47,770 nucleotides of DNA. Source: an uncultured Pseudomonadota bacterium. GTDB taxonomy: Bacteria; UBA10199; JACPAL01. Position numbers and translations under genes: made by a program. Where the stretch lies: NCBI GenBank assembly GCA_964460495.1, contig CAYWRF010000001.1, forward strand, positions 1,775 to 49,544, written 5' to 3'. The notes under the pieces are model-generated. The model had not been told where the DNA came from, did not search any database, and saw only the letters and a program-made list of their open reading frames with translations. Position 1 is the stretch's first letter, and the number at the start of each line of letters is the position of its first letter. Below, in pieces: positions 18,085 to 28,343 of the stretch.

Positions 18085-20557
18085 AATTCTCCTGGTCCTG
18101 CTGCCCGCCTCTCTCTATTCCTTTCCCGATCAGGAGCGGAAGTCGACGTCACTTTCAGGGCCCCCTCTGGAGCTTATCAGCTCCCAGGCGGGGTCGATGC
18201 TCCTGGATGGGGATGACCTTCTTTTCCTGGGGCTGGGGGATGAGATCAAGAGGGTTGATCTGGAGACCTGGTCCCTCTCCTCCGATCAGGTACCTGAACT
18301 TGCCGATAACAGTGACGAAGAGGGGGGGGAGGACCTGCGGGGAGACATCCGCGGCCTCGCGATCCGCGGCGATTTTCTCTATGCGACGCAATCCGACGGC
18401 GACCTCCTTGTCGTCGAACGGGCCAAGCCGAAGGAAGACCCGGACTCGATCGACCTCGGCGATTCCAGCCTTGGGCCGATTGTCGCCGATCCGGAGACCG
18501 CCTCGGACGATGACAAGCTGTATCTTCTGGATCAAACCGCCAATGCGGTGCTCATCTTCGATATCGGGGACTCAAAGGTCACTGCGACGATTCCCGTAAA
18601 GGACAAGAGCGGCACGTCGGTCAAACCGGTTGCGGCGGTCTTTGCCGCTTTTCCGACCGCCTCCTCGTCCGGCTCGACCGACAAGATCTATGTGACGACC
18701 GATGTCGGGTTGGTCCTGATGATCTTGGAGGGGTCCGGGACGGTCGGCCAGACGATCGAGATCGCCACCACGAACAAGGAGCTCCCGTCGCTTGCCCTGA
18801 CGCCGGACCGGAATTTTCTGCTGGTCGTCAACAAGACCGACACCTCCGTTTCGGTGATCAGCACCGCAAGCGACACCGTCGTGGCGACGATCACCCTCTC
18901 GCCCAACAGCGGTTTGATCGGGATAGCGGTCGCGGATGTCTCCGATCCGGTTGACACCTATGCGTATGTCACCGGTTCAGGGGGCATCTCTGTGATTGAC
19001 CTCAATTTTGGGACGAGCAGTTTTGACGGATCGTCCGTCATTGATTTTAATGATGAGGGTTCCGAGGATGATGAGGATGACCCGATGGAGACAACCTCGA
19101 TCCCCGGTCTGATTGTCTCGTCCGGAGACGGGCGTCTCTACACAACCAATTCGGATGCCTCGATCTCCGTGATCAGTGATTCCCCTTTTGTGACGATCCG
19201 GAGCAGTTCGGTCGGGACCGGGTCGCTGAAACAGGGGGAGTCGTTCACGCTGACCTTTCAATCCGATGAGACGGGGGCTAGCCCCGTTGGGTCCTACACG
19301 GTCCGGGTCGGTGGCGACCTGACAGAGACCGGGACCTCCGTGACGACCGGCACGGTTGATACGGCGGACACCGATGTCACGACGGATGCAATTTCCTATA
19401 ACGCGAATATCCTGCAGGAGGGATTGAACCGGATTTTCGTCTTTGTCAGCGACTCTGAGGGGAACGTCGGCCGGGATGCGCTTGATATCAATGTCGATAC
19501 TCCCCCCTCTGCGGTCACGATCCGGTCTGTCGCATTTGGAAATGAAAAGGTCTTTGTCACCTTCCTTAGACTCGATCTCGCCGACCTCGATCATTACAAT
19601 GTTTATGCCCATCCGGTCGACGCCTCGATCTCCACATTATCACCGGGGACGACGGTCACCCAGCCCTCCGAGGGGGAGACGCTGACCGGGATCATCACCG
19701 GTCTCGATAACGGCGTCCCCTACTTCATCGGGGTCGAGGCGGTGGATGACTCCGGGAACATCGGCTCCCGGATGATCGCAACGACCACCGTCACACCGGA
19801 GGCGACGGCGGGGATTGCCGAGATCGCAGGGGAGGCGGGGTGTCAGCTCCTGAAGGGTTCACAGGATCACCACGGCGGATTGTTCCTCCTGACTGGGCTT
19901 GTGTTGTTTTTTCTTTTTCGCTTCTCTTTTAGAAAGGGTTTCCTCTCGATCGCCTTTCTTCTGGTATGCTCCTCTCTCTCAGCGAAAGAGAGGTCGCCCG
20001 AATGGTGGTCGTTTGAGGTGAAGGGTGGTGCCTGGCTTCCAAAGGGGGCTGCGGTGACCCAGTTCATCGACTGTTGCCGTGTGACCGGCGGCGCCGAATT
20101 CGGTTTCCTCTGGCGCTCGATCGTCGGGCTCGAACTGGGTGCTGGACTCATGATCACCAATAGTGAGGCGGTCGGTGCAAATTCCCGTGCTGCCTCACAG
20201 GACCTATTCAACTTCATGCTGATCCCGATCCAGAACTCGATCGCCTTCCGGGCCGACTTTGTCGAGAACCAGGTCCTCGTCCCGTATATCAAGGGGGGGC
20301 CTGATTATGTCTACTTTCGGCAAAATCGTGGCGGGAACGTTGTTCAGGGGTTGAAGTACGGGCTTCACGGGGGAGGGGGGATCCAGTTTCTCCTGGAGAC
20401 GATCGATGAACTCTCGATCTCGATGGAGGAGGAGTTCGGGGTCAATGACATCTACCTCACAGCGGAGGCACGCTACGCCTGGATCAACAACTTTGGGGGA
20501 GGGGGGCTCGATCTCTCCGGATGGACCTTTATGGGCGGCCTTCTGTTCGAATTCTAG
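18041..20557 (+). CDS. large secreted surface protein: signal peptide, YVTN-type beta-propeller repeats, Ig/FN3-like domains, an internal sorting-signal-like segment and a C-terminal beta-barrel-like domain
   Basis: 838 aa. The N-terminus '[19 protein letters not shown]' is a signal peptide. The start is uncertain (ATG 18041 overlaps asd by 44 nt; TTG 18053 and TTG 18065 are alternatives). Repeats such as 'LLVVNKTDTSVSVISTASDTVVATITL' and 'LYTTNSDASISVIS' indicate a beta-propeller. 'VFVTFLRLDLADLDHYNVY...GLDNGVPYFIGVEAVDDSGN' is FN3-like. The ORF ends in alternating-hydrophobic strands and a terminal 'GGLLFEF', an aromatic OMP-type C-terminus. Confidence 0.7.
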   Translation: MPFKLQRSLRTGIFRILLVLLPASLYSFPDQERKSTSLSGPPLELISSQAGSMLLDGDDLLFLGLGDEIKRVDLETWSLSSDQVPELADNSDEEGGEDLRGDIRGLAIRGDFLYATQSDGDLLVVERAKPKEDPDSIDLGDSSLGPIVADPETASDDDKLYLLDQTANAVLIFDIGDSKVTATIPVKDKSGTSVKPVAAVFAAFPTASSSGSTDKIYVTTDVGLVLMILEGSGTVGQTIEIATTNKELPSLALTPDRNFLLVVNKTDTSVSVISTASDTVVATITLSPNSGLIGIAVADVSDPVDTYAYVTGSGGISVIDLNFGTSSFDGSSVIDFNDEGSEDDEDDPMETTSIPGLIVSSGDGRLYTTNSDASISVISDSPFVTIRSSSVGTGSLKQGESFTLTFQSDETGASPVGSYTVRVGGDLTETGTSVTTGTVDTADTDVTTDAISYNANILQEGLNRIFVFVSDSEGNVGRDALDINVDTPPSAVTIRSVAFGNEKVFVTFLRLDLADLDHYNVYAHPVDASISTLSPGTTVTQPSEGETLTGIITGLDNGVPYFIGVEAVDDSGNIGSRMIATTTVTPEATAGIAEIAGEAGCQLLKGSQDHHGGLFLLTGLVLFFLFRFSFRKGFLSIAFLLVCSSLSAKERSPEWWSFEVKGGAWLPKGAAVTQFIDCCRVTGGAEFGFLWRSIVGLELGAGLMITNSEAVGANSRAASQDLFNFMLIPIQNSIAFRADFVENQVLVPYIKGGPDYVYFRQNRGGNVVQGLKYGLHGGGGIQFLLETIDELSISMEEEFGVNDIYLTAEARYAWINNFGGGGLDLSGWTFMGGLLFEF

Positions 20558-22314
20558 AGATTATCAAAGAAGGGATCTTCCGGTTCCTCAGCTGTATTGG
20601 GAGGCTCTGTTGTCGGATGGGCCGGTGCGTTCGGATCGAAATTGCTCGCGCCCGGGAGAGGGGCGTATCGTGCCTGTCTCTCGATCTCCTTCTCCCAGAG
20701 GAACTGGATTGCCAGGGTCTCAAGTTTCTCGGCGATCATCTCCTGCAGGTGCGGGATCTCCCCGTCTTCAAAATTGAGGATCTCCTGAATCTCGATCGCG
20801 CTCGCCCCGTTCGCCCCATATTGGGAAAGGTAGGAGTTGAGCCCGTTCATGTCCTCGATTCCCATTTCGAGGCTGGAGATATCCCCCTCAAACGCGTTTG
20901 AGAGATCGAGTCCCGTCCCGCCGGAGATTGTCTCGCCACGACCCGTCTCTCCGGAGGTGTTGGCGGTGAAGAGGGCGTCGTTTCCGTCACCCCCAATCAG
21001 GGTGTTGTCACCGCGCCCGCCATAGATAAAATCGTTTCCGGCGCCTCCCTCGATCCGGTCGGTCCCGTCACTCCCTCGGATGATGTCGTTCCCGGCTCCG
21101 CCGTCGATAAAGGTCCCGTCCTGGTCTCCGTTCACGAAGATCGTGTCAAAACCGTCACCCCCGATGATCCGGCTGTCACCGCTGGCCACACTATAAATGA
21201 GGTCATCGCCGCTCCCGCCGCGGATCTTCACTGCGGCGGTCGAGTCGAACCGGACACCGTTGTTCGCAAGTCGGAACTCGAGCGACTGTCTCATCTCCTC
21301 CTGGTTGCCATCCTTGATGATAAAGCGAGCCAGCACCTCCCCCGATGCGTTTTTGGCCTCCACGACGAGGTTGTCCAGCTCATCGGCGTTCAGTGTCCAC
21401 TGCTTCGCCTCCTGGCCCTCCACCGTCTCCGTCATCCGGAAGACCCGTTCGTCTGTCTCTGTGAGATCAAAGACCAGCTCGCGGGCCCCGTTGCGCGTTC
21501 GGTCGCTTTCCGCGACAACCCCTTCAAACGGAGTTAATGCTTGTGGCGTCTGGGGGGTGGTTGTTTGATTTCCTGAGCCGACACTCTGGGAGGCGGCGCC
21601 AGAGGTTCCATCCTCTGTGTTACCCGAGGGACCGGTCGCCCCCGTCATCCCGATCTTGACCCGGATTTCTTGAGAAAGCTCCGGGTCCTGACCATCGACA
21701 ATCCCGTTGTGGTTCGCATCGGCATCCAGGGCGTTGCCGAGCCTCCTGACCCGACGTCCTTCCTGGACCTCCCCTTGTTCCATCATGTATTCGCCAAGGT
21801 TTCTCAGGCGTCGCTCGTTGTCGTCCGATATCCCGTCCCCGTCTGAATCGGTGGAAAATGGATTGCTCCCTCGCCGCTGTTCCTCGGCATTCGTGATCAG
21901 ATCCCCATCGACGTCCGGATCGGTCAGGTCGCTCACGCCGTCGCCGTCGGTATCGGCCGAAAGCCCCTGTTCCAGCCGGGCAATCTGAACCTCGAGTTGG
22001 CTGATGATCTGGTCGATCTCGGACAAAAGTTGTGCCGCCTGCTCATCTCCGGCCCGAGCCAATCGGGAACACGGTTCCCGGAGTGCGGTGAGTTCCTCGA
22101 GTTGTGACTGTTTGACCGCGAGTTCAGTGGCAGGATCTTGTGTCGGACCCGGGATATCTCCGGAGGAGGCGCCGTGTGTCGCCGGGCTCAGGAGCACCCC
22201 GTTCCCGCTCGGCACAGAGGTCGTTTGAACGAGGGGGGTGGTTCCCTGATTTTCTTGAGGCGCTACAGGTCCTACCGTGACGCCCGAACCATTTCTGATG
22301 CCGTTGATAGACAT
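20554..22314 (-). CDS. leaderless Ca2+-binding repeat protein (thrombospondin type-3-like DxDxDG repeats plus RTX GGxGxD nonapeptides); probable T1SS-type substrate
   Basis: 586 aa with no N-terminal signal peptide. 'DTDGDGVSDLTDPDVDGD' and 'STDSDGDGISDDNE' are TSP3-like. 'GGDGFDTIFV..IDGGAGNDIIRGSDGTDRIEGGAGNDFIYGGRGDNTLIGGDGNDALF' are RTX repeats. The C-terminal tail is acidic and unstructured-looking. Confidence 0.8.
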   Translation of the reverse strand: MSINGIRNGSGVTVGPVAPQENQGTTPLVQTTSVPSGNGVLLSPATHGASSGDIPGPTQDPATELAVKQSQLEELTALREPCSRLARAGDEQAAQLLSEIDQIISQLEVQIARLEQGLSADTDGDGVSDLTDPDVDGDLITNAEEQRRGSNPFSTDSDGDGISDDNERRLRNLGEYMMEQGEVQEGRRVRRLGNALDADANHNGIVDGQDPELSQEIRVKIGMTGATGPSGNTEDGTSGAASQSVGSGNQTTTPQTPQALTPFEGVVAESDRTRNGARELVFDLTETDERVFRMTETVEGQEAKQWTLNADELDNLVVEAKNASGEVLARFIIKDGNQEEMRQSLEFRLANNGVRFDSTAAVKIRGGSGDDLIYSVASGDSRIIGGDGFDTIFVNGDQDGTFIDGGAGNDIIRGSDGTDRIEGGAGNDFIYGGRGDNTLIGGDGNDALFTANTSGETGRGETISGGTGLDLSNAFEGDISSLEMGIEDMNGLNSYLSQYGANGASAIEIQEILNFEDGEIPHLQEMIAEKLETLAIQFLWEKEIERQARYAPLPGASNFDPNAPAHPTTEPPNTAEEPEDPFFDNL

Positions 22315-22338
22315 ATCTCTTCCTTGTACTTAAGTTTA

Positions 22339-22353
22339 GCAATCCATATGCCA
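22339..22353 (-). promoter_or_regulatory. sigma54 (-24/-12) promoter of the RTX/TSP3 gene
   Basis: The minus strand reads TGGCAT-ATGGA-TTGCT (consensus TGGCAC-N5-TTGCW) with exact 5-nt spacing. The -12 GC lies about 25 nt upstream of ATG 22314, followed by the RBS AAGGAAG. Confidence 0.55.
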
Positions 22354-22442
22354 GGCTTCGTGCTCAAAGTGGCTTATAAGTACTTAATTTTATTTGTTCT
22401 TTTATTTGGCTACTTCGGATCCCGTTGCAAGGGGGTTCTCCT

Positions 22443-22467
22443 GGTCTTTTTTTGAGGTCTAGAGACC
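22443..22467 (-). promoter_or_regulatory. candidate upstream activator sequence (GGTCT repeats / GGTCT-AG-AGACC palindrome)
   Basis: GGTCT occurs at 22443 and 22456 and its complement AGACC at 22463. These lie about 90-115 bp upstream of the -24 element, and an AT-rich stretch separates them from it. The positioning fits a bEBP site. There is no direct evidence. Confidence 0.25.
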
Positions 22468-22518
22468 CCGCTATCACCTCCCCTTGACTTTGGGGAGTGA
22501 ACTCGTGAAAAGGATCGT

Positions 22519-23247
22519 GTGTCCTTCTTCCTATTGGTCATTCTAATGACCCTCTCTCATCCCCTCCTGGCGGTGGAGGGTGAGGATCTTGCGAGCCTCG
22601 GCAAGGTTGTCGAATCGCGGGTTGCGGAACTGAAGGATCTCGCCTCCAGGGGCAAGATGGATGAGGCGATTCAGGGGATGCTTGAGCTTCTGAATGAGTT
22701 CCCGAACGGGTCCGAATCGATCCAGATCCGGTACGACTTGGCCAACCTCCTCTTTCTGCAGGGGCGTTACCGGGATGCCCGTCTTCAGTATCAGAAGGTG
22801 ATGATCCAATCTGACCTCCATCGTCAGTTGGCGGAAAGGGCCGGGAAGCGGATAGCCAAGATTGATGAGCGGGACTCCAAGTCGAAGGATCTGACCGGTC
22901 TGAAGCTGATCGAGATCGAGGCGGCGCTGGACGCAGGACAGATGCCGCCGGAGGGATCCCGCGAGCTCATGAAAAAGATCCGGGAGGATGCGGTTTCCCC
23001 CCATCAGGAATGGGCGGGGCGACTCCTCCACCGGGAGGTCGAGCTTCAGAATGGCCGGGCGCGGGTCCTCTTAAACGAGGCGCGACAACTGTTCGATTCA
23101 AGGCGCGATTATCCGCGTGTTCAAGGCCTCCTCGAGGAGATTCAACGAGACTTTCCGGATACCGAAGAGATGCCGTCGATCACGATCCTGCTGGAAGAGA
23201 CAAAGAGAAGACTCAGTTGGAGGGGGCCCGCCCCGTTGGGGCGTTAA
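22519..23247 (+). CDS. secreted TPR-like/helical-repeat protein
   Basis: GTG start after the RBS 'aaagga'. 'MSFFLLVILMTLSHPLLAVEG' is a signal peptide. 'IRYDLANLLFLQGRYRDARLQYQKV' is TPR-like. It is divergent from the RTX gene. Confidence 0.55.
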   Translation: MSFFLLVILMTLSHPLLAVEGEDLASLGKVVESRVAELKDLASRGKMDEAIQGMLELLNEFPNGSESIQIRYDLANLLFLQGRYRDARLQYQKVMIQSDLHRQLAERAGKRIAKIDERDSKSKDLTGLKLIEIEAALDAGQMPPEGSRELMKKIREDAVSPHQEWAGRLLHREVELQNGRARVLLNEARQLFDSRRDYPRVQGLLEEIQRDFPDTEEMPSITILLEETKRRLSWRGPAPLGR

Positions 23248-23248
23248 A

Positions 23249-25761
<2,513 letters not shown>

Positions 25762-25870
25762 AGGGGGCTCCTTTCTTAAACGGCTGCCGATACAAGATCA
25801 GGGTCGGTTAACGAAAAAAAAGAGGGGCGTCAAGATTTCTTTACGACCCGCCGTGTTACGGTCTGCCCTG

Positions 25871-26191
25871 TTAGGGCTCTCCGAATTTGCCATCGATCAG
25901 CCGGCCGAGCTCCTTCAGGGCCCTTGGGGCATCGTCTCCACGAGCCGTCACGCAGATCTCGCTTCCCCTAGGCGCCGCCAGCATCAGGACCCCCATGATG
26001 CTCTTGCCATTCACCTCGTTAGGCCCCTTGCTCACCAGGATATCGCTCTTGAAACGGGAGGCGATCTTGACAAAGAGGGCCGCCGCACGGGCGTGAAGTC
26101 CCAGCTCATTAGAGATCTTGAAGTTTTGAGAGGCCTTAGCTGGCCTCCCTTTTGAGGACCTCTTCTGCCCGGGCAATGTTTTTCTGGCCAT
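25871..26191 (-). CDS. ptsH: phosphocarrier protein HPr/NPr
   Basis: 'ISNELGLHARAA' (His15 region) and 'NGKSIMGVLML' (Ser46 region) are present. The only canonical start (ATG 26191) gives a roughly 20-aa N-terminal extension and a 56-nt overlap with the EIIA gene, so the true start is uncertain. Confidence 0.8.
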   Translation of the reverse strand: MARKTLPGQKRSSKGRPAKASQNFKISNELGLHARAAALFVKIASRFKSDILVSKGPNEVNGKSIMGVLMLAAPRGSEICVTARGDDAPRALKELGRLIDGKFGEP

Positions 26192-26543
26192 AGCTCTTGA
26201 TGAAATCGGCGATCTCGGCGAGCGGTCTCAACTCATTCAGGGTCGCCAGTTTGATCAACATCGGGAGGTTCACGCCGCTCACCACCTCGACCCTTCCCTC
26301 TTCCAGAAAGGAGAGGCAGAGGTTTGAGGGGGTTCCTCCGAACATATCCGAAAGGAGGAGAACTCCCTCCCCCTGATCGGTCTGCCGGATCGCCTCCGCG
26401 ATCTTGCGGCGCATCCGGTCGACATCCTCACTTTGCTCCAGGGAGACCCCCACCATCGGTCTCGACTCCCGGATGATCGAGAGGGCGGCGCGCACCATCT
26501 CCTCCCCGATCTTGCCATGTGTGACGACAACTGTTCCAATCAC
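26136..26543 (-). CDS. PTS EIIA component, mannose/fructose family
   Basis: 'MIGTVVVTHGKIGEEM' (phospho-His) and 'LLLSDMFGGTPSN' fit the EIIA-Man fold pattern. Confidence 0.85.
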   Translation of the reverse strand: MIGTVVVTHGKIGEEMVRAALSIIRESRPMVGVSLEQSEDVDRMRRKIAEAIRQTDQGEGVLLLSDMFGGTPSNLCLSFLEEGRVEVVSGVNLPMLIKLATLNELRPLAEIADFIKSYGQKNIARAEEVLKREAS

Positions 26544-26572
26544 GGATCGCTCCTTTAACCGGACTTGGGAGA

Positions 26573-27535
26573 TTATTCAACCAGTTCCTTTAAACGGGTA
26601 AGACCCCGTCCGCCAAGGAGGAGCTGCTGGGTCAGCTTTTCCTGGAATTCCCGGGCCGAATGGATCCCCTTCGCCTTCAAGAGCTGGTTTCGGGCGGCGA
26701 CCTCGATCACCGAGGTCAAACTGCGGCCCGGTCTGACCGGGATCCGGAGGAGGGGGGTCTCAACACCGAGGACATCATAGGTCCGGTCATCGACACCCAG
26801 TCTCTCGTAGTTTTCGCGCGGGTTCCACTCGACCAGCTGGATCACGAGCTCGATCAGCTTCTGATCCCGGACCGAGGCAACGCCAAATAGATCCTTGATA
26901 TTCAGGATCCCGAGCCCCCGGATCTCGATGTGGTATTTTGTCAGGTCGCTCCCGAATCCGTAGAGGGAGTTCGGCGCCCTTTTCCGGACATAAACGATAT
27001 CATCCGCCACAAGCCGGTGTCCCTTCATGACCAGCTCGAGCCCGCATTCGCTCTTGCCGATCCCGCTCTTTCCGATCAGCAGGATCCCGATCCCGAAGAC
27101 GTCGACCAGCACCCCGTGCAACGATGATGACTCCGTCAGTTTCTCCTCCAGATATTTTGTGACCCGGATCACGAAGGTGGATGTCGGAAGGTTTGTCAGG
27201 AAAAGCGGGATTCCATGCCTCTCCGCCTCCTCCAGCATCGCGCGGGGGGGGTGGTTCCGATGGGTGACGACGATACAGGCGATATCCACGGTGCCCAGCT
27301 TTTTGGTCACCTCGCGAAGCCCCCGGGACGAGAGGGTCTTTAAAAACTGAACCTCATAGGTTCCGAGGACCTGGATCCGGCCGGGATGGAGATTCGCCGT
27401 GTGACCGGCGAGGGCGAGACCCGGCTTCTGGATCTGCGGGATCGTGATCTTTTTTTGGAGCCCTTTTTTCCCGCGGATCAGCCGGAGCTCCAGGCTGTTT
27501 TCCCTGAGAAGTTGACGAACGCGGAGCGCAATCAT
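26573..27535 (-). CDS. hprK: HPr kinase/phosphorylase
   Basis: 320 aa. Contains 'GVLVDVFGIGILLIGKSGIGKSECGLEL' (P-loop), 'GHRLVADD' and 'IEIRGLGI'. Confidence 0.92.
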   Translation of the reverse strand: MIALRVRQLLRENSLELRLIRGKKGLQKKITIPQIQKPGLALAGHTANLHPGRIQVLGTYEVQFLKTLSSRGLREVTKKLGTVDIACIVVTHRNHPPRAMLEEAERHGIPLFLTNLPTSTFVIRVTKYLEEKLTESSSLHGVLVDVFGIGILLIGKSGIGKSECGLELVMKGHRLVADDIVYVRKRAPNSLYGFGSDLTKYHIEIRGLGILNIKDLFGVASVRDQKLIELVIQLVEWNPRENYERLGVDDRTYDVLGVETPLLRIPVRPGRSLTSVIEVAARNQLLKAKGIHSAREFQEKLTQQLLLGGRGLTRLKELVE

Positions 27536-27997
27536 CTAGAATTTCTCGTCCTCATCGACGATCTCGGCAAACAACTGATCCTCATCCTTCGCCTCGAGGA
27601 GTTTGTTGCGGAAGTGGAGGTCCTTCAAAAGGCGGGAAAGTCGTGCCAAGGCCTTCAGGTGGAGGCTCGCCGCGTTTTCCGGTGCAAGCAGGACAAAGAA
27701 AAGGTGGGCCGGTTTTCCATCCTGCGACTCGAAAGAGACCCCCCGGAGGCTCCGTCCAAACGCGGTCACGATCTGCGACAACTGGGAGACCTTGCCATGC
27801 GGGATCGCCACGCCGTTCCCGATGCCGGTGCTGCCGAGCTTCTCTCTCTCCATCAACACGCGCGCAATCTCCTCCGCCGAGAGGTCCGGGCATCGGCGGG
27901 TCAAGACCGCCGCCAGCTCCAGAAGGACCGGTTCCTTGGCAGTCGATTCCAGTGAGGCGACGATGGAATCTTTCGTGAGGATCTGCTTTATTTTCAT
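27536..27997 (-). CDS. ptsN: nitrogen-regulatory PTS EIIA-Ntr
   Basis: 'REKLGSTGIGNGVAIPHGK' is the EIIA-2/Ntr active-site His. The position after rpoN-hpf is conserved. Confidence 0.9.
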   Translation of the reverse strand: MKIKQILTKDSIVASLESTAKEPVLLELAAVLTRRCPDLSAEEIARVLMEREKLGSTGIGNGVAIPHGKVSQLSQIVTAFGRSLRGVSFESQDGKPAHLFFVLLAPENAASLHLKALARLSRLLKDLHFRNKLLEAKDEDQLFAEIVDEDEKF

Positions 27998-28046
27998 GGA
28001 GGGTGAGAGCTATCGGATCGGCAAAGAAAAAGCAATCCCGAAAAAC

Positions 28047-28343
28047 TTAAAACTTGTGGTGGGAACGGACCCTTTCCTTTCTCTTTTTCAGCTGGCGCTC
28101 GAGTCTCTGGAGGGCGGTGTCAACGGAGCGGTACATATCGTGGCTTACCTCCCGGGCTGTCAGGAGCCGGTGGTCCTCGTTCAGGGTCACCTCGGCAACG
28201 TGGCGCGCCTTTTCAACCGTGAGGATCACATGGGCATGGGTCGCCTTCAGGAAGTAGCGCGAGAGGCGCGCGATCCTGTCGCGAATGTGATCCTGGAGGG
28301 TCGGAGACGATTCCGTATGCCTGAAGGTGATGTTGATCTCCAT
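28047..28343 (-). CDS. hpf: ribosome hibernation promoting factor (sigma54 modulation protein family)
   Basis: 98 aa. 'MEINITFRHTESSPTLQDHIRDR' is present, and the gene sits immediately downstream of rpoN. Confidence 0.9.
   Translation of the reverse strand: MEINITFRHTESSPTLQDHIRDRIARLSRYFLKATHAHVILTVEKARHVAEVTLNEDHRLLTAREVSHDMYRSVDTALQRLERQLKKRKERVRSHHKF

Noticed and set aside
22100-22314. The N-terminus of the RTX protein ('MSINGIRNGSGV...') superficially resembles FlgM-type anti-sigma factors. This was tempting given the sigma54 promoter.
   Set aside because: The resemblance is limited to a few residues of low-complexity sequence. No flagellar genes are nearby, and the rest of the protein is a Ca-binding repeat protein.
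25762-25870. A possible SAM riboswitch or leader upstream of metK.
   Set aside because: The intergenic region is only 109 nt, and I could not find the SAM-I/II conserved helices. It contains just a TTGACG-like hexamer and an RBS.
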